Assembly: GCF_000143415.4 (NCBI RefSeq)
Contig: NW_003314262.1
Location: 3,668,405 to 3,732,404, forward strand
DNA length: 64,000 bases
Reading direction: 5' to 3'
From: Selaginella moellendorffii
Lineage: Eukaryota > Plantae > Lycopodiophyta
Shown: piece after piece, positions 50,201-64,000 of the stretch
Layout: the number at the start of each line of letters is the position of its first letter
Position numbering within the stretch: position 1 is the first letter of the stretch
Notes under the pieces: generated by a model
The model's database searches: none
What the model saw: the letters and a program-made list of their open reading frames with translations, nothing else
Told to the model about the DNA's origin: nothing
Position numbers and translations under genes: made by a program

Positions 50201-51237
50201 ATGATAAGAGGATGGATGTCAAGATTACTTAACATGGTTAATTCTTTTTAAGCCATCATATAATGTTTACCGTTTAGGGTCTTTTAGGCTCTATTTAAAA
50301 TCTTGTACCTCTTACATTCTCCCCACATGATGGCAAAGGAGGATGCAAGAAATACAAATTATTTGATGGACTAGCACACATATCACTCCTATAACCTCTT
50401 TCTCAACTATTGTCTAAGTACCTTGGTTATTGTCTAAGCTTTCTTTAAACTACATAAATTCTAGTGTGGAAATTGATACTCGAGTGACAAGTTTTTGTTA
50501 CAAATACAAGGAGATTTAGTCCTCCATATCATAAAACCAATCCTCCACCACCTTATAGTCATTCACTCCCTTGAAGACCTTGGTTTGTAAGGACTCTCCT
50601 ACTACATTTTTAAAGATTGATTATAATTTATTTTACATTTAGGAGAGTTTGAAAATATGGAAATAAAGTTTAGTCTTGGATTTAATATCCTACATCCTTT
50701 CCAAATGATGTAGTGGAATAATATTATGGCTTTAGTGTTAAAAATATTAGTTCCCATTATTATTTTTACAAAGAAGGTTTAAAACTCCGACCTTGTAGTT
50801 AACAGCCACCATAACTTTATAGTAATTATTTTTATTAATTTGAAAGATTATAATTTATTACTAAAATAACACCACAACAAACCAATCAAGTTGTGCTACA
50901 ATCTTTTCTATTTGAACAATTTTCTATTTTAATAAAATATCTTATGTTTATCTAGGCCAGCATAGTTAGATTCTTTGCTAGTTTCGTGCAAATTTGTCCA
51001 ACTAACATCTAACAAAAGATGGGTGAGATTATATTGTGATAGACTGTATTGTGGTAGAGCATATATTATGTTGGGATCTTATGCTTCTAGATAGGCATTA
51101 CAAGATCTAAAACAAATCATATATACTTATTACTTAGATTGCAATATATTAGTAGCAAAGTTGAGTTCCTCCACTTCATATAAAAATGTTTAAGTGATCT
51201 AGGAAACACTCATCCAAGCTACTCAGAAATTAACAAG

Positions 51238-52543
51238 ATGAGGTTTTCCTGTATTATTTCATTTTTCAGCATACTATTTTCTTTTGCATTATGCACACAT
51301 TTACCACCACTACCCCAATGTGTAGATGGAATTATCATATTTGGGGATTCTCTTTCAGACACAGGAGCCTCTGCTAATGTGTTTCCAAGTAATCCAGGAA
51401 ATCAGTCTCCTTATGGTATAACTTATCCAGGAAGTCCAACTGGAAGATTTTCAGATGGAAGGCTTATTATTGATTACATAAGTATGGCTATGTGTGATTA
51501 TGAACTTTTCTAAGATCTTCTCGCAGGTGCTGGCTTAAAGTTCAAGTATCCAGAGCCTTATTTTGTGACTATTAATCCAGATTATAGGACTGGTGTCAAC
51601 TTTGCTCAGGCTGGCTCAACAGCACTCAACACCGTCTTTCAAAATCCCATATATTTCTCTTACCAGCTGCAACAATTTTTGCAGTTTAAACAGAGATTAC
51701 AATCGGGTTACAATTCAAACAGAGGTAATTATATTATAAAAATTATGAGAGTATTAATTTTATTTCGGTTTTTAAACAGATGCATATAGGAAGTCATTAC
51801 CTCCACTAAAGTTTTATCAAACATTCCTTTATGCTGTAGAAATTGGAGGTAATGACATTATTAATAATATAATCTACAACAATAAATCTCTATCATATAT
51901 TGCAAACATTACTATACCCACAGCAGTTGCAGCTATCAAATCTTCTTTACAAGTGAGGTTATTTTGATTTCCAATAACCAAAACCTTAGCCTTGTTGTTT
52001 TGCTAGTTACTTTATAACGAAGGTGGTAGAAAAATTTTAGTGTTCACAATAACACCATTGGGCTGCACTCCATCATTTAAGACTATTTTTGCATCTCCAA
52101 ATCCGACAGCATATGATTCTTATCAGTGCCTTATTGCGTTTAATAACATTTCTCAATATTTCAACTCAAAACTTGTGGACGCTGTGGTTTCTCTACGAAA
52201 TCAATACACTGACGCCAAATTCTACATTGCAGATATGTATAACCCTTACTATAAGATCCTTCAAAATAGTTCAGCTTACGGTAAGTCTGATGCTGATATA
52301 TATGCTATTTACTTAAACTTCAAAGCAGGTTTTACGAATATACGAGATGCTTGCTGCGGAACTGGGGCACCATATAATTATTCTCCTTTCCAACCATGTG
52401 GAACACCTGGTATATCAAGTTGTTTAAATCCCAGTACTTACATATCTTGGGATGGTGTTCACTACACCCAACATTATTATCAAATAGTAGCAGAGTTCTT
52501 CTTAAGTGGAACGTTTTTAGATCCATCAACGAAAATCTGCTAA
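51238..52543 (+). CDS. GDSL esterase/lipase, secreted, multi-exon
   Basis: Signal peptide; IFGDSLSDTG, GRFSDGRLIID, GVNFAQAGS, EIGGND, PLGCTP, ACCG, SWDGVHYT; short GT-AG introns (e.g. 51482-51526). Confidence 0.93.
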
Positions 52544-52683
52544 ACAGTAAGTCAAGAGCTGAATGAAGTTATTAATAATATGCTGCACACCTTGTTAAAC
52601 ATAAATCAATGTAAAAGTTTATTATAAACACAAATTAAATCTAAGTTTTATGGCCAAGGTTTATCTAATGCTTGCTAATAACG

Positions 52684-53985
52684 TCATACGACAAGCCATT
52701 GTTTTGCGGTTCCAAATGCAACACCAGGAGTCCACACGCCACCTTTGGGGAGTTTATCGCGGTTTTTCAGTACGAGCAGCACCGCCTGGACGAGAATGAT
52801 AGGCGTCGTCACGTATCCAATCTCCGGACCTGTTACTCGCGTGATGATCTCCGTGTCCGGTTGCTGTTTCTTCCCGGGAGGAACTTTGCTAGCGTCCTTG
52901 AAGCCGCGGCCCACGAACACCATCGAGAAAGAGGAGTTATCAATCTCCTCCTGCGAAGGCCCGTCTTGCTGAAAACTCCCCCTGTGGAAACCTCCGGATG
53001 GCTGAGCAGGAGCTTTCTACCCCAACCAAAGTTTGCCAGGACGTAGAGAATGAATCCCGTGAGCAGCAGAAAGTAGACGCCAGAGCTCCTTGACGCTCAA
53101 GTAGACGCCAAAGAGCACAGGCTTGATGTCCGTCCACTGCTTTAAGGACTGTTCTTGATGCTTGGAAGCTGTAGGAAGGCCGTCTGGGTTCTCGGCTACT
53201 GTTGCAAGAGTCCTACGAACCAGGACTGCGTCGGACGAAGGGATCTTGACGGCCCAGGAATTTACTGCGTCCTCCCAGTGCACCGCAGGGCGTTTCAGCG
53301 GCACTCCTGGAATCTAGTAAACGAACAAAGTTATCCACGGAGAAAAAAAAAAGGACGACGCACAAACAAACCTGGAGTCTTGGCGATCTAATTGGCCTCG
53401 ACTTCCTGAGCTTTTGAAGCTCCCCAACGCTCGCAATTCCCAGGACCGCAGACTCAAAAGTTGCAAAGTTGCCTTTTATCCGCGTCGAGGAACGCAGCGT
53501 GAGATTGGCTTCGAAGAGCCTTGCCATTGCTTCGTATTGAAGATGACCCCAAACTCCGCCGGAACACTGTCGAATCCACAACTGGACACCACCAGACTTT
53601 TCCTGTCCACTGCCTGCTCATGATACTTGGCCCTCATCCTTTCCATGAACTCGGGCTCCCCAGTGATGTCCAAGTAGTCTATTCCAGATTCCGCGCAAGC
53701 AGCCACAAAGGGCTCTCCATAAAGCCTGTACGGACCAACGCAGCTGACCAGCACCCCCGAAGAGAAGCCATGTCGTGAACATCAGCCTCGAATATCGGCA
53801 CGGACGACTTGAGCCTCTGTTCTTCAGACGTATGTCCGAGAGCCCAAGAGAGGGACTCCTCCATCTTCTGGCGGCTACAACCAGCTATACCCACCTTCAT
53901 GTCCTCTGGGAGCTCACCCAGAACGCGCTTGCCAGTGAATCCAGGAGCCCCCCACGATGATCACGTCTACCGCAGCGCTCTACAT
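52684..53985 (-). pseudogene. Saccharopine dehydrogenase-like oxidoreductase (SCCPDH-like) pseudogene
   Basis: VIIVG(A)PGFTGK with a frameshift, SCVGPYRLYGEP, DYLDITGEP, SCGFDSVPAE, ATFESAVLG, GPEIGYVTT...GGVWTPGVAFG. Stop at codon 2, plus internal deletions and frameshifts. Confidence 0.85.
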
Positions 53986-55989
53986 CTTGAGCAGACACTA
54001 GGAACTGAACGGTGAAGCTCAAAACCGACAAATAAAGAAAAATGTAGATACTTTAGCTAGTCCAAAACTCCATGCTTCGATAGCTTTTGTAGCCATACGG
54101 TCGTTTCTGAGGATCCATCTTTCTGAAGGTCAGGGAGACTCTGCGGGAAAGCAAACCGTGACGTTAAACCAGCTGAAAATTCTGGACGACAAACAAGCTT
54201 AGAGAGTTTACGAGAATTTCAAGTCTTACGTAAGAATAGTTGTAGCAGCATCCAAACTCCTTGCATCCATTTCATGTGGAGTGCGTTCTAAAAACTCAAA
54301 AGCCATTGTTAGAAAATGGTTCAAAGACATCTATAGTGGAGCTTCAAATTGATCATTTATTTGATCTAATTGAATTATGAATTTATCATTTGATAAGTTG
54401 ATTGATCAATTCATATCAATTTTGTTATACATCCAGGTGGACAGTTTATGCAAAATTTAGGGCTCTTAATCAGGTGGTAGCAAAATAAGGGTGCGCCGCA
54501 CTGGGGGACACGGGGGGGCATGACACCTGTCTGTTTGTCCCCCAGGAGGGGTAAATTTCTCCTTTTACCGCGGCTCCTCCTCCGCGGCAAAGCTTCCACC
54601 GCCCCAGCAGCGGATCACCCAGCCCAAGAGGTCCTGGCCCCTGAGGACGCTAGTGCCAGAGATGGAGGCCCAGGAGTTTGTGCTGCTTGAGCACGGGGAT
54701 GTTCACGGTTCATGCAAAGTTTATCATCGTTGCCAGAGCACTCATCACAAAGTATACTACGTGCATAGGAATTAGATTGTGTCAGCAGGCTTGAAAGCTG
54801 TGCATCATCCTGGTCCATTCAAGTTCTTGAGGCTTGGAGTTCCAAGCAAAGTCAAGTACACTAGGTAGTAGTGTCTTGGTCACCAAATTCCAGTTCTTTG
54901 GGAAGGCTCCTCCACTCAGTAATGGTGGATCTATTCTTCTTTAAACTTTCTTTTTTTGGATCCATCCTTCCATGGTAAAAATTGTTGTGGAGTGTGTTTG
55001 GTATTGTTTAGCAGTAGGATAGTAAATAAGCTTCTTTTTGTGCTAGGGTTATTGATGATTTTTTCAGCGATAAAATAGATATACTAATATGACTTAAATA
55101 TTTTCAAGAACTTTGCCAATTGGGCAATATCAACAGTTGTAGATCTTGCTGGGTTTGTGAATACCAAGAGATTACCACTAGGATTCATGGCAATTCTTGC
55201 TCTAAGAATGTGCATGTGATTTTATGAGGGAAATTAGTGTGAAGCACTTACAAAAACAACTAAATACTTGGCATGCAAAGAATCAGGTGTTAAAAGGTTT
55301 TGAAAAAAATCAGTTGTTAAAAGTTTTAGGTATCACTCCAAGGTTTTTCTAGCATTTTTACCTCTCCTTTATATGGATGGAATGCTTGGGGACTATAATC
55401 AAGCTACACAGCCTTAAAATAGGTGCATTGAGTGAGCTTTACTTATAACTTGAGACAAGTTATGAATGATGCTAAAGTCTTTTGCTTATATAATATTTGA
55501 AATTTATAGTGTTTTTTATGCCTTGAGGGGGAGTATTATGAACTTGGCACCAAACATAATTATATATATACCAGATAACATCATGTCATATCCTTAGGTT
55601 TATGCAGCTTCTCATTCACACAACAATGTCCCACATGCCCACATAAAATAGGAGAACATGGTAGGCATAGAGAAAGTGTAGAATAAAGATCAAAAACACT
55701 ATAAACCATAAATAATTATTAAGATTTATCCCTACAAAATAAAGAATGTTGTCATTCAAAGGTTGAGCACCTAGTTGATGTTGATAACACATAGTGTCCT
55801 CGGATTTTGAACATTTTCCTAGATGATAGCAGACTTCGTGAGCAAACCTTGATTTGAGTCGATGATCTTCATATCTCCTCTCATGTCCACTGTTATGAGA
55901 AAGCTTCAGTATGCCCAATAGCATCTCGACACGAGTAATATTGAGAATGTAAATGCTGAAATAACAAGTCATCAATAAATGATGCAATA

Positions 55990-57560
55990 TTTTCAAACTC
56001 ATCGCAAAACCTTTGGATCCACAACTTAACCTTTTGAGCCTCATGAACCTCGTCAAAAGAAGGTAAATTTTTCTTTGCACCTTATGGATATTGAACGTCA
56101 AGTACAACAATCGTTGATGACGTAGAATTCTTATTTAGAAAATTCATAGATACTGGAACAATAGGCTCATAAAAAATTTGAGAAGAAAGCAAAGAAAAAA
56201 TAGGAGCTCAAAAAAGGGTGTCAATATCAGCCATAAAACTTCGTATGCAATAAACAACCTCATAATCATATATCTGAAGCTTCAAAATCCATTAAGCAAT
56301 ACGACCAACTAAGTTTTTTCATTTTAATAATGAAGTAATTACAATATAATCACCTTTTAGTAATGTCTAAGAAATACATAAAATTTCTCAAAACCCTAAA
56401 TTACTGCTAAACACTCTTTTGTCATAGAGTAGTTTACCTCTATTGGTTATAATGTATGGCTAATGTATGCAATGGGATGGTATTGGCTAGGCACACTCGG
56501 GCTCTCTTGCATCAATATACCTCCAAGATTGATATTAAAAGCATCCATACACAAAATGAAATGTTAAATGTAGTCAGGATATGCCAAAATTAGAGGAGTC
56601 ATCAACAACTCTTTAAGATCTATAAATGCCAGCTCAAAATCCATATATTAGATAAAAGACAACATTAATAACTTTAATAATGCTCACAATAGTATAGTAC
56701 AATTAGAAAGATGATTAATGAAAAAGTCGAGATATTGCACCTTGCCTAAGAAGCATTACACATCATTCACACACTTTGAAGTATGGAACTTAAGAATAGC
56801 CACAAGTTTATCAAAATCAACTTGCAAATCTTTATGAGAAATATGGTACCCAAGTAAATCATGTCTTTAAACCTAAATACACACTTCGACAACTTCAACT
56901 TTAAACCAACTTCCCATAGCCAATCCAACATCTTACAAACATTACTGATATGTTTTTCCCACATCCCTTTTGAATGGATCAAGATATCATTGATGAAGTC
57001 AATAATCATTTCTAGTATATCTCAAAGAACCTTGTCCATCATCTACTTAAAAATTGTTAGAGCATTGTTCAAACCAAATGACATCACCAAAAACTTGTAC
57101 AAACTAAACAGTGTACGAAAAGCAATCTTAGGAATATCTTCCTCGGCCACCACTACTTAAAAACAAGATTTAACTTGGTGAACTAATGACTTCTCTTTAA
57201 ACAATTCAAGAGATCAATAATGTGAGGAAGAGGGTATATATCCAGGATCATCACATTGTTTAACAAACAATAGTCAATGTAGAAACAAATACTCTTATCA
57301 GGCTTTATGAGGTTTATATGCCCAAGGACTTTACAACTTTCAAATACCACCCTTTTCCAACATCTCTTTGATGTTTGCATGTAAAATCTTGATGTCTTTT
57401 AGTAACCGACAACAAATAGGAACCTTGATTAAATGAATATCCCCCATTAGAATAGGATGACATATTTCAATCTTGGATCTACACGATAGGTCAAATTCAA
57501 AGAGATCGACATACTCCTTTATGAGCCAGTCAACTACTACAACACAAAGACCGTTCAAAG
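55990..57560 (-). pseudogene. Heavily decayed Ty3/gypsy RT-RNase H remnant
   Basis: FYIDYCLLNNVMILDIYPLPHIIDLL; DFINDILIHSK...GLKLKLSKCVF. Confidence 0.7.
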
Positions 57561-58885
57561 GATCAGAAAAGAGAATAGAGGAACAAGATTAAAATATAGA
57601 AAGAAGTTATAAGAAGACATAAATGATGAAAGTAAAGGTAAAAGTAGAGGGATGAAGAAGAATAGAAGTGAGAGGAATGAAAGAAATATAAAAAAGTATA
57701 AGAGAAGGGGGAGAAGCCTCAAAGTCACACTTAGCATGATTGCTTTACAACTAATCCATATCAAGAATAAGGTCAAAAGCTTAACTCAACACCACTTGCA
57801 ATGATTGAGTTCAAATCATTTGCACAATTAGATCTGCCCCATCCCATGCATATGTATGTGTACAACTGTTGCCATAAAGAATAAAAATTGGCTCTGCCGC
57901 ACGATATAAATATAGATGGCAATATGTGACAAAAGGCTAAGCAATAGAAGATAAACTTAAGTATATATCAATCAATATAAAGAGAATAATAGAAAACTTT
58001 TTATTATTAAAATGAGTTTAGAAAGTAAACATTGGATGAATTGGTGCCAAATGAACCTTTTAATGATATTCCCGAAAATAAGCAAGGAAGGGTCATTAAC
58101 TTATTCACATAAGGACCCTCCACTACTTGCATGATTTTTCATTTCCCAAAAGCATTTCAATGTCCAAACCTTCCACTGCAACAGCACTAACAAAAAGTTG
58201 TTAATGTCAAGGTCTCCACAAAAGAAATGAAGGACACCAATCTGAAAAACATTGACAATGCTGATATATATTACCAACTTTATCATGCACCCAATAGTGG
58301 TTATCACAGCTACGACCACGTCCTCACCCTTGTCCTTGAACTTGGGTAGCAGTAGCATTAACTTCCATTGGAACATAACCATCTCCCATAGGAATTGGAG
58401 TTGAAGGACATATAGTGAGAAGTGGAAGTAATGATGTCTCATAACATTGCCAAGTGAAGAGCATCATCAAGGGTGGCTAGAGCAAGTGCTTACATAAGTC
58501 TAATAAAATCTTGACTAAATGCTAGCCATAACATTCTCAACTTGATCTGCTCTAATATATTTAGCTATACAAGAAGTAAGAAGCTTTAGAAACAAATGCC
58601 AAATTGCATCATTGATAAAGATAATGCAATTGTTAGAAAGCATTATTACAATCATTAGTATATCCAAATATGCATTTGAAGATGTTCAAAAGAATGTTCC
58701 AATTCGCATGAGTGGCTACACTTAAACCATTGTACCATTACTACACCAACCCTTGTAAACATGTGGGAAACTCACACGAATTCTAAACATCATCTCAAAA
58801 ATGATATATGACCATCAATGTAAATGATTAAACTAATGGTACACATCATCCTTAGGATTCCCACAGAAAAACTTTGGCCAGACAC

Positions 58886-59050
58886 TGTAAGACACAAATC
58901 CCTAAACCCCAAAGTGGAGTCGAAAGGGTGCCATATGGTAGTGGCCGAGGCAAAAGCCAAATGAGCATAACACATTTGAACTAAAAACTCTAACTCAAAA
59001 AGTTGAAAGCGAGAGTGGAACTCCCAACGAAGTGTTCGAGGGCCGAGCAT
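58886..59050 (+). repeat. 5' end fragment of a family-A LTR
   Basis: TGTAAGACACAAATCCC...AACGAAGTGTTCGAG aligns to the reverse complement of 2660-2817, with mostly transition differences. Confidence 0.85.
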
Positions 59051-59064
59051 AAAGTGAGTAATAA

Positions 59065-62000
59065 TGTAGCTTATGTGGTTTTCACCCTTTATCCTAACAA
59101 CCACGAAACAAAATCTAAACCTTCTATGTGCTATGTGTCATATGCCACATATTTAAAGGATAGTGGAGTGGAACCCAAATTTCAAGGCCTTGGGCCACTA
59201 AATGAACGAACAGAACCAAACTCCTAAGCATGGAGCAAAGGAGTGAAAGTATTAAAACACAGAGTAACTCTCAAGTGTACAACCTAAGGGGTGAATTGCT
59301 AAGGCCCACAGAGATATGCTTGCCGTCAAGCGCCCAAGCAATGCTAGTCATAGGACTGTCCTCCTCGTTTGCTTGCATGAGCTCTTCAATGTTACTTGTG
59401 CTCGCATTCCAGAGGTAGATGGTGTATCCAAGAGCGACCGTGACCACATTGTTTGATCCCTAGTTGAGCAAGTTGAGGTAGTAGTCATCTAGAATCTTAG
59501 GTGCGTCGAGAGTTCTCTCTAAAGCCTGAAAGAAGAAAACAAGTGTGAGAAGAGAAGATTTCTAAACCCATGAACAAATGGATGGAAGAAAGAAAAAGGA
59601 GAGGAAACATACCTAGGGAATGTGTCTAAACATCTTGTGAGGCCTGGAAGCACATAGAACCGTGTTCTTGCTGTACAAGAGCCTGGATTCCTTGTCAAAT
59701 CCCTTGGGAGGCGGCAGAGGCCTATTCTTGAAGGCAAGAATCCAGTTCTCCTTATGGAGGATGTTGGTGTCTTTCAAGAGATTCTTGGCAAGTTGCTTCT
59801 TGTACTCTTCCTAGCAGCAATCGCACCTCAGATGCTGTTGCGGTTGTTGCTACTGCTAAGAATGCGAGTTCTCCTTGCCGAGCACAAGCATATTTGCAAC
59901 ATCGAAATTCATGGCACTGCGATTTGGGATGAATCAATCGCTCTAGAGCTGGAGCTTCTCCGGCGTTTTCCTAGGGATAGGAGCACAGAGTGACTTGGAA
60001 TAGTCTCAGAGCATCCAGCATCCCAATGTTAAGACTGGCACACAAAATAGAGCCAAATAGAGCCAAATAGAGTCTAGCACTATTTCAGCATACTAGTGGC
60101 CTAACACAAGGATATGGGTACTCCACCAACTAGGATAGTATGGAACTTGGGCTTAGACTTAAGTTAGATGTAAAACAAGGATAGACACGCAAGCGGAAGC
60201 TAGACTACACCTCAAGTTTGTTGGCTATGCTTGACCTACCCACTATCCCTACTATACATTTGGACCCATAGCTTCCTCCCCCCCCCCAGTACTAGGAGTT
60301 AGTCTCTAGGACAAGCTCAAAACTTGCTAAATATGGAATGTCTTTTTAGATTACGAATTTAGACATAGGACAAATACCATTGTGTTTAAAACAATCCCTA
60401 CATTCTATAAATATCCTAAATGAGTAGATCTAGACACTTTCCATAAACCGAATAGAACTAATATAAGATGCATGATAGCAAGGGTGTTTGGCAGACACAA
60501 TAAGCTATCATCTAGTGTCAATATCATGGGGGTTCCCAACACTAGCAAGTGTAAGTCAACATCATGAGTTTTTTGTCACCATATCAAATATGCTTGACTA
60601 AATGACAACTTAGGATTTCCTTCCTTAGTGCCCTTTTAGTCTAAGAGCACATGTGATGACTAATTTTTCAACTAACTTAGGTGGAGACTAATAAAGGGTT
60701 TAACAATATCGACCTCTTGCCCTCGTGGCAGTAAAGAAAGAATATTCAAAAGAATTAGCCGACAAGTAGCTTTCGATACCCAAAGTCACATTTGCGACAC
60801 TTTCCCCCCCTTAGGGAAGATCGACGTCCTTGTCAATGCATACTCCAGCTAGACCACTGGCAAGGAAACAACTTTAGAAAGTGATCACACTATGTGATAA
60901 ATGCACCAACTTAAATGAGTTAGGGTAACCTCTTTGCCTAATACAGATGCCCTACCAATTCAAACACCTTCTAGCCATTGTCAACAAGGAAATGACCAAC
61001 AGAGTTAGCCACCCTTGCTACTCTAGGTGTCACCCAACTTATAAAAGTGTGATATGAACCTACTTGCAGGTGGCATAGAGAGAGAAGCCATAGGCCCCAA
61101 ACCCTTATGAGCAAAGAAATTGTTGGTAAGGTTAAAATAGACTACTGTAAATAGGCAGTTAGAGTTGTTTACATGGTCACGCCCTTTAAACAAAATAAGA
61201 AACATTAATAGAGAGGTAGGTGATGTGACCAGTCGATAATAGTACCCCATAACTAGAGATCTCATTATGTACATAAAGTGCCAAAGCTAGTCTATCTATA
61301 TTGGCCCAAACTCAAAGATCAATAATTGGACAATATCAAAGTCAAAAACAATAATATTCTAAAAACTTAATTATTAGTGAATAAAGCTTAGATTAGAACA
61401 CAAAAGTATTTTAAGTAAATTATCATCCGATAAACCAGAATTATAGTATACAGGATCCACCAAGATCATCATAATTGAAAAATATAGGATTCACTATCTA
61501 ACAAAATTCAATAGTAAAGATATCATCAAGGAAACTCAATGATAAAATTAACTACTAAAGATTGTAAATGGCATACTAAACAACTTACAAAAGACAACTC
61601 AAAGAATACAAAATATCATCAATTTGGCAAATAAAATGCTTGTGAATATATTGCCCAAAGGAAATAACATTCAACTGATTAGAACCAACTATAACAATAA
61701 CTAACAAAATAGAATGAATATTACAAGACCAACAAACACCCATTTATGCTAATTATTGCACTAGCCAATTCGAATAAATCACGGTCAATAATATTAAAGA
61801 ACCAAAGTTGCTCAAGCAAGTATTAACAACATCTTACTGATATCAATAAAGAGATGCATAATCTTTGTCAAAGAAAAAATCCATCATTATGAAGAATGGT
61901 TAATTATTTTAGACCAATAATATTTGAGTAAAACCTTTGACAAGGATAATCAACTATCTTAGATGATAGTCAATCATCACCAGTGATTACCAGATGCAAA

Positions 62001-63410
62001 TACTAACTTCAACATTGAAGCTAATAAACTAAAATGCCTTCTCTAACAACTTTTTACAAATGGAACAAACTTAAAGAACCAAAAGCTCAAAGAACTTTAT
62101 ACCCAACAATGATTATGAGTCTTGCATGAATTAACTTTAATGCTAAAGAAGAAAGCATGGTACAACCCACAATATCCTCCTCAACATATTCATAAGCTAA
62201 ACTTCATAATGCAAAGCTAATGAAGAGCATGTCTGAATTAATCCAAAAATTAAGCATAACAAAACTATACTCAACAAGTGATCATTTAATATATCATCTA
62301 TGAATCCATCTATAAGAAGACGAAACTTACTTCATAATAAGCATGAGAAGAATCATTAATAATTGATATATCCCCAACTCAAATCTAACAAGGACTCAAT
62401 ATCTTCAATATCAATCACTAATTCTTCCTTTCATAAAGTTAGCATAATTTACGACTAAATCATATTTCAAAGAAAAGCCAAAGCTCAATCTTTACTAAAT
62501 AATTTCATCTAGAACATAACTAACTTAACTTGCCACTCAACTCATTTGAATGCCAACATAATTGCTAGCTGGCAAATGCATGAATGTTAATAATATAAAG
62601 CTATAACCAACTTATCAACACTATTTGCATCAAAACTAATGAAACTCAATATCAATCCTATGGAGAGACATATCATTTCACTCAAATCTCAACAACAATA
62701 ATGTCAATGATAAGATATCATTTTAATGCTATCAATACCAAAACAAAACTAGAAGAAAGCAAAAGTGAATCATCACTCAAAGCTCTTTAGCAACCAAGTT
62801 AACCAAAGTTAAAGATACATTAGTGAGTATCTAAGACCAATCCTTTAACAATACTCAGTTTTAGATAACACATCATCAAGGAGTGATTCACCACATCCAA
62901 GACTCAATGAAATCCAATACCATGACTAAACACAACCAAATGATATTGACAGAGGTAGAGTCGATATGCTAATATGGAAAAACCATGCAAACTTACGATA
63001 TGATCCTCCGCAACACCATCTAGTAAAGTAAATCTATCACTGCTAAATCTTCATCGAATGAGGCAAGTGTCAATAGTCCTTGACGAAGTCTACAAGCAAT
63101 TATTAGTCGCAAAGCAACTAACAATCACTCTTCAATTTGCCTTCACAAGACCCAACACTAAACTCATGCCATCAAGTTATATACTTGTCCAACATGAATG
63201 TAATACCCTAGATACTAAATAAAGGTTCATGGACAAGTACGAACTAAATGACTACTCAAATCTAACTTAACCACAACAAGCTCACCAACACATTTAGCCT
63301 ATATCTTTAATCATGCCTTGAAGAGGTTAGTTATACATGATCAACATTTAGTCAAAACTAAAATGAAAACCACAAAATGAACTTAGTACACAACCTTCAT
63401 GTAAGCCACA
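59065..63410 (-). mobile_element. Second LARD-like copy: 3' LTR 59065-60799 (with CDC20 insertion), PPT and partial interior
   Basis: 60800-63400 is the reverse complement of about 43450-46190. LTR termini TGTCGCA...GCTACA. Confidence 0.8.
59289..59972 (-). pseudogene. CDC20: Captured CDC20/Fizzy gene fragment (N-terminal region, intron, first WD40 repeats)
   Basis: D*FIPNRSAM (C-box), KEN, ILAFKNRP, FRHIP, an intron at about 59527-59612, then [38 protein letters not shown]...SIAWALDGKHISVGLSNS. Confidence 0.88.
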
Positions 63411-63419
63411 AATTTTTCC

Positions 63420-64000
63420 TTTCCAATTTGCCAGCTTACCTCATCTATCCGACCAACTCTGCCTTGGCTTGTGCTAAGTTCCCTCGCTAAGGTTCCCGCC
63501 TATGGTACCAGCTCCTACTTGGTCCTACTTGGTTTCAGCTACTCACTGCATGAGCAACAGAGTGTTAGCCATCCATCTACGGATTCCCAAATCTCTCCCA
63601 ATCCCCCTCCCCGGGTTAAACTGGATATAAGGTTCGGCTACACTCCCCGTAGGCACAAGCAGCCAAGCACACCAAGCCTCTAGGTTCCTAACACCCTTGG
63701 TACCACAAGACTTGATCATGGGACCCTCTAAATCCCAAGTCTTGGGTGTAGCACTTGCTTCGGGACGTCGGGGCGAAACACCGTGGCCTAACGGCCCGGT
63801 ATGGGTACCTCTACCCCCCCACTTCCATCCCGAAGGGGAGGCCCAAGCCCCTAGGAAGGGCGAGGACCAATGAGCCACAAGGTACTCAAGTGGGGCACCA
63901 CTCCACATGAGCCGGGAGCACCGCAGTCGGTTTCCCTTTCGAGAGTGGGAGCTGCTCTTGAGCACTTCCCTGGGTGGCCCCTCTGGCACCACTCAAGCCC
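63420..64000 (-). repeat. Diverged family-A-like LTR segment, truncated by the window end
   Basis: 63770-63965 (AACACCGTGGCCT...TGAGCCAC...GGGAGCA...GCTCTTGAGCAC) resembles 1670-1860. Confidence 0.55.

Noticed and set aside
54050-55620. Short ORFs, a GC-rich patch (54490-54680) and a PPT-like GAGGGGGAG at about 55525
   Set aside because: No recognisable domain, partner LTR or termini, so no call can be supported.
59973-60021. Apparent CDC20 start (MLDA...)
   Set aside because: Aligns with ordinary LTR sequence at 47017-47066, so the ATG is LTR-derived coincidence.

Overview
Transposon-dense eukaryotic window from a plant nuclear genome. The 40-90 bp introns, Tcn1-like and Selgy-like Ty3/gypsy elements and Cassandra TRIMs point to a seed-free vascular plant such as Selaginella (inference). 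Positions 2.8-37.7 kb are one decayed minus-strand chromovirus of about 5 kb, split by four insertions with recognisable target-site duplications (TSDs). These are a Tcn1/Tf1-like element with a self-priming signature that itself holds a Cassandra, a second Cassandra, a 10.9-kb tRNA-Arg-primed gypsy whose integrase runs in frame into a PMD-like/coiled-coil tail, and a 12.3-kb Sola1-like DNA transposon. The Sola-like element is the highlight. Besides its transposase it carries a divergent multi-exon cargo gene (ParB-like domain, degenerate N6/N4-methyltransferase-like segment, acidic tract, FCP1/NIF HAD-like domain). It also holds more than 20 copies of a 22-bp palindrome, ATGGCRTG-NGGCCN-CAYGCCAT, that I found only between its TIRs, which suggests a ParB/parS-like self-recognition or anti-silencing system. 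The rest of the window has scrambled chromovirus fragments, two copies of a non-coding LARD-like LTR family (one LTR has captured an intron-containing CDC20 fragment), an intact GDSL lipase gene and a saccharopine-dehydrogenase-like pseudogene. All domain calls come from motifs read by eye, not database searches.
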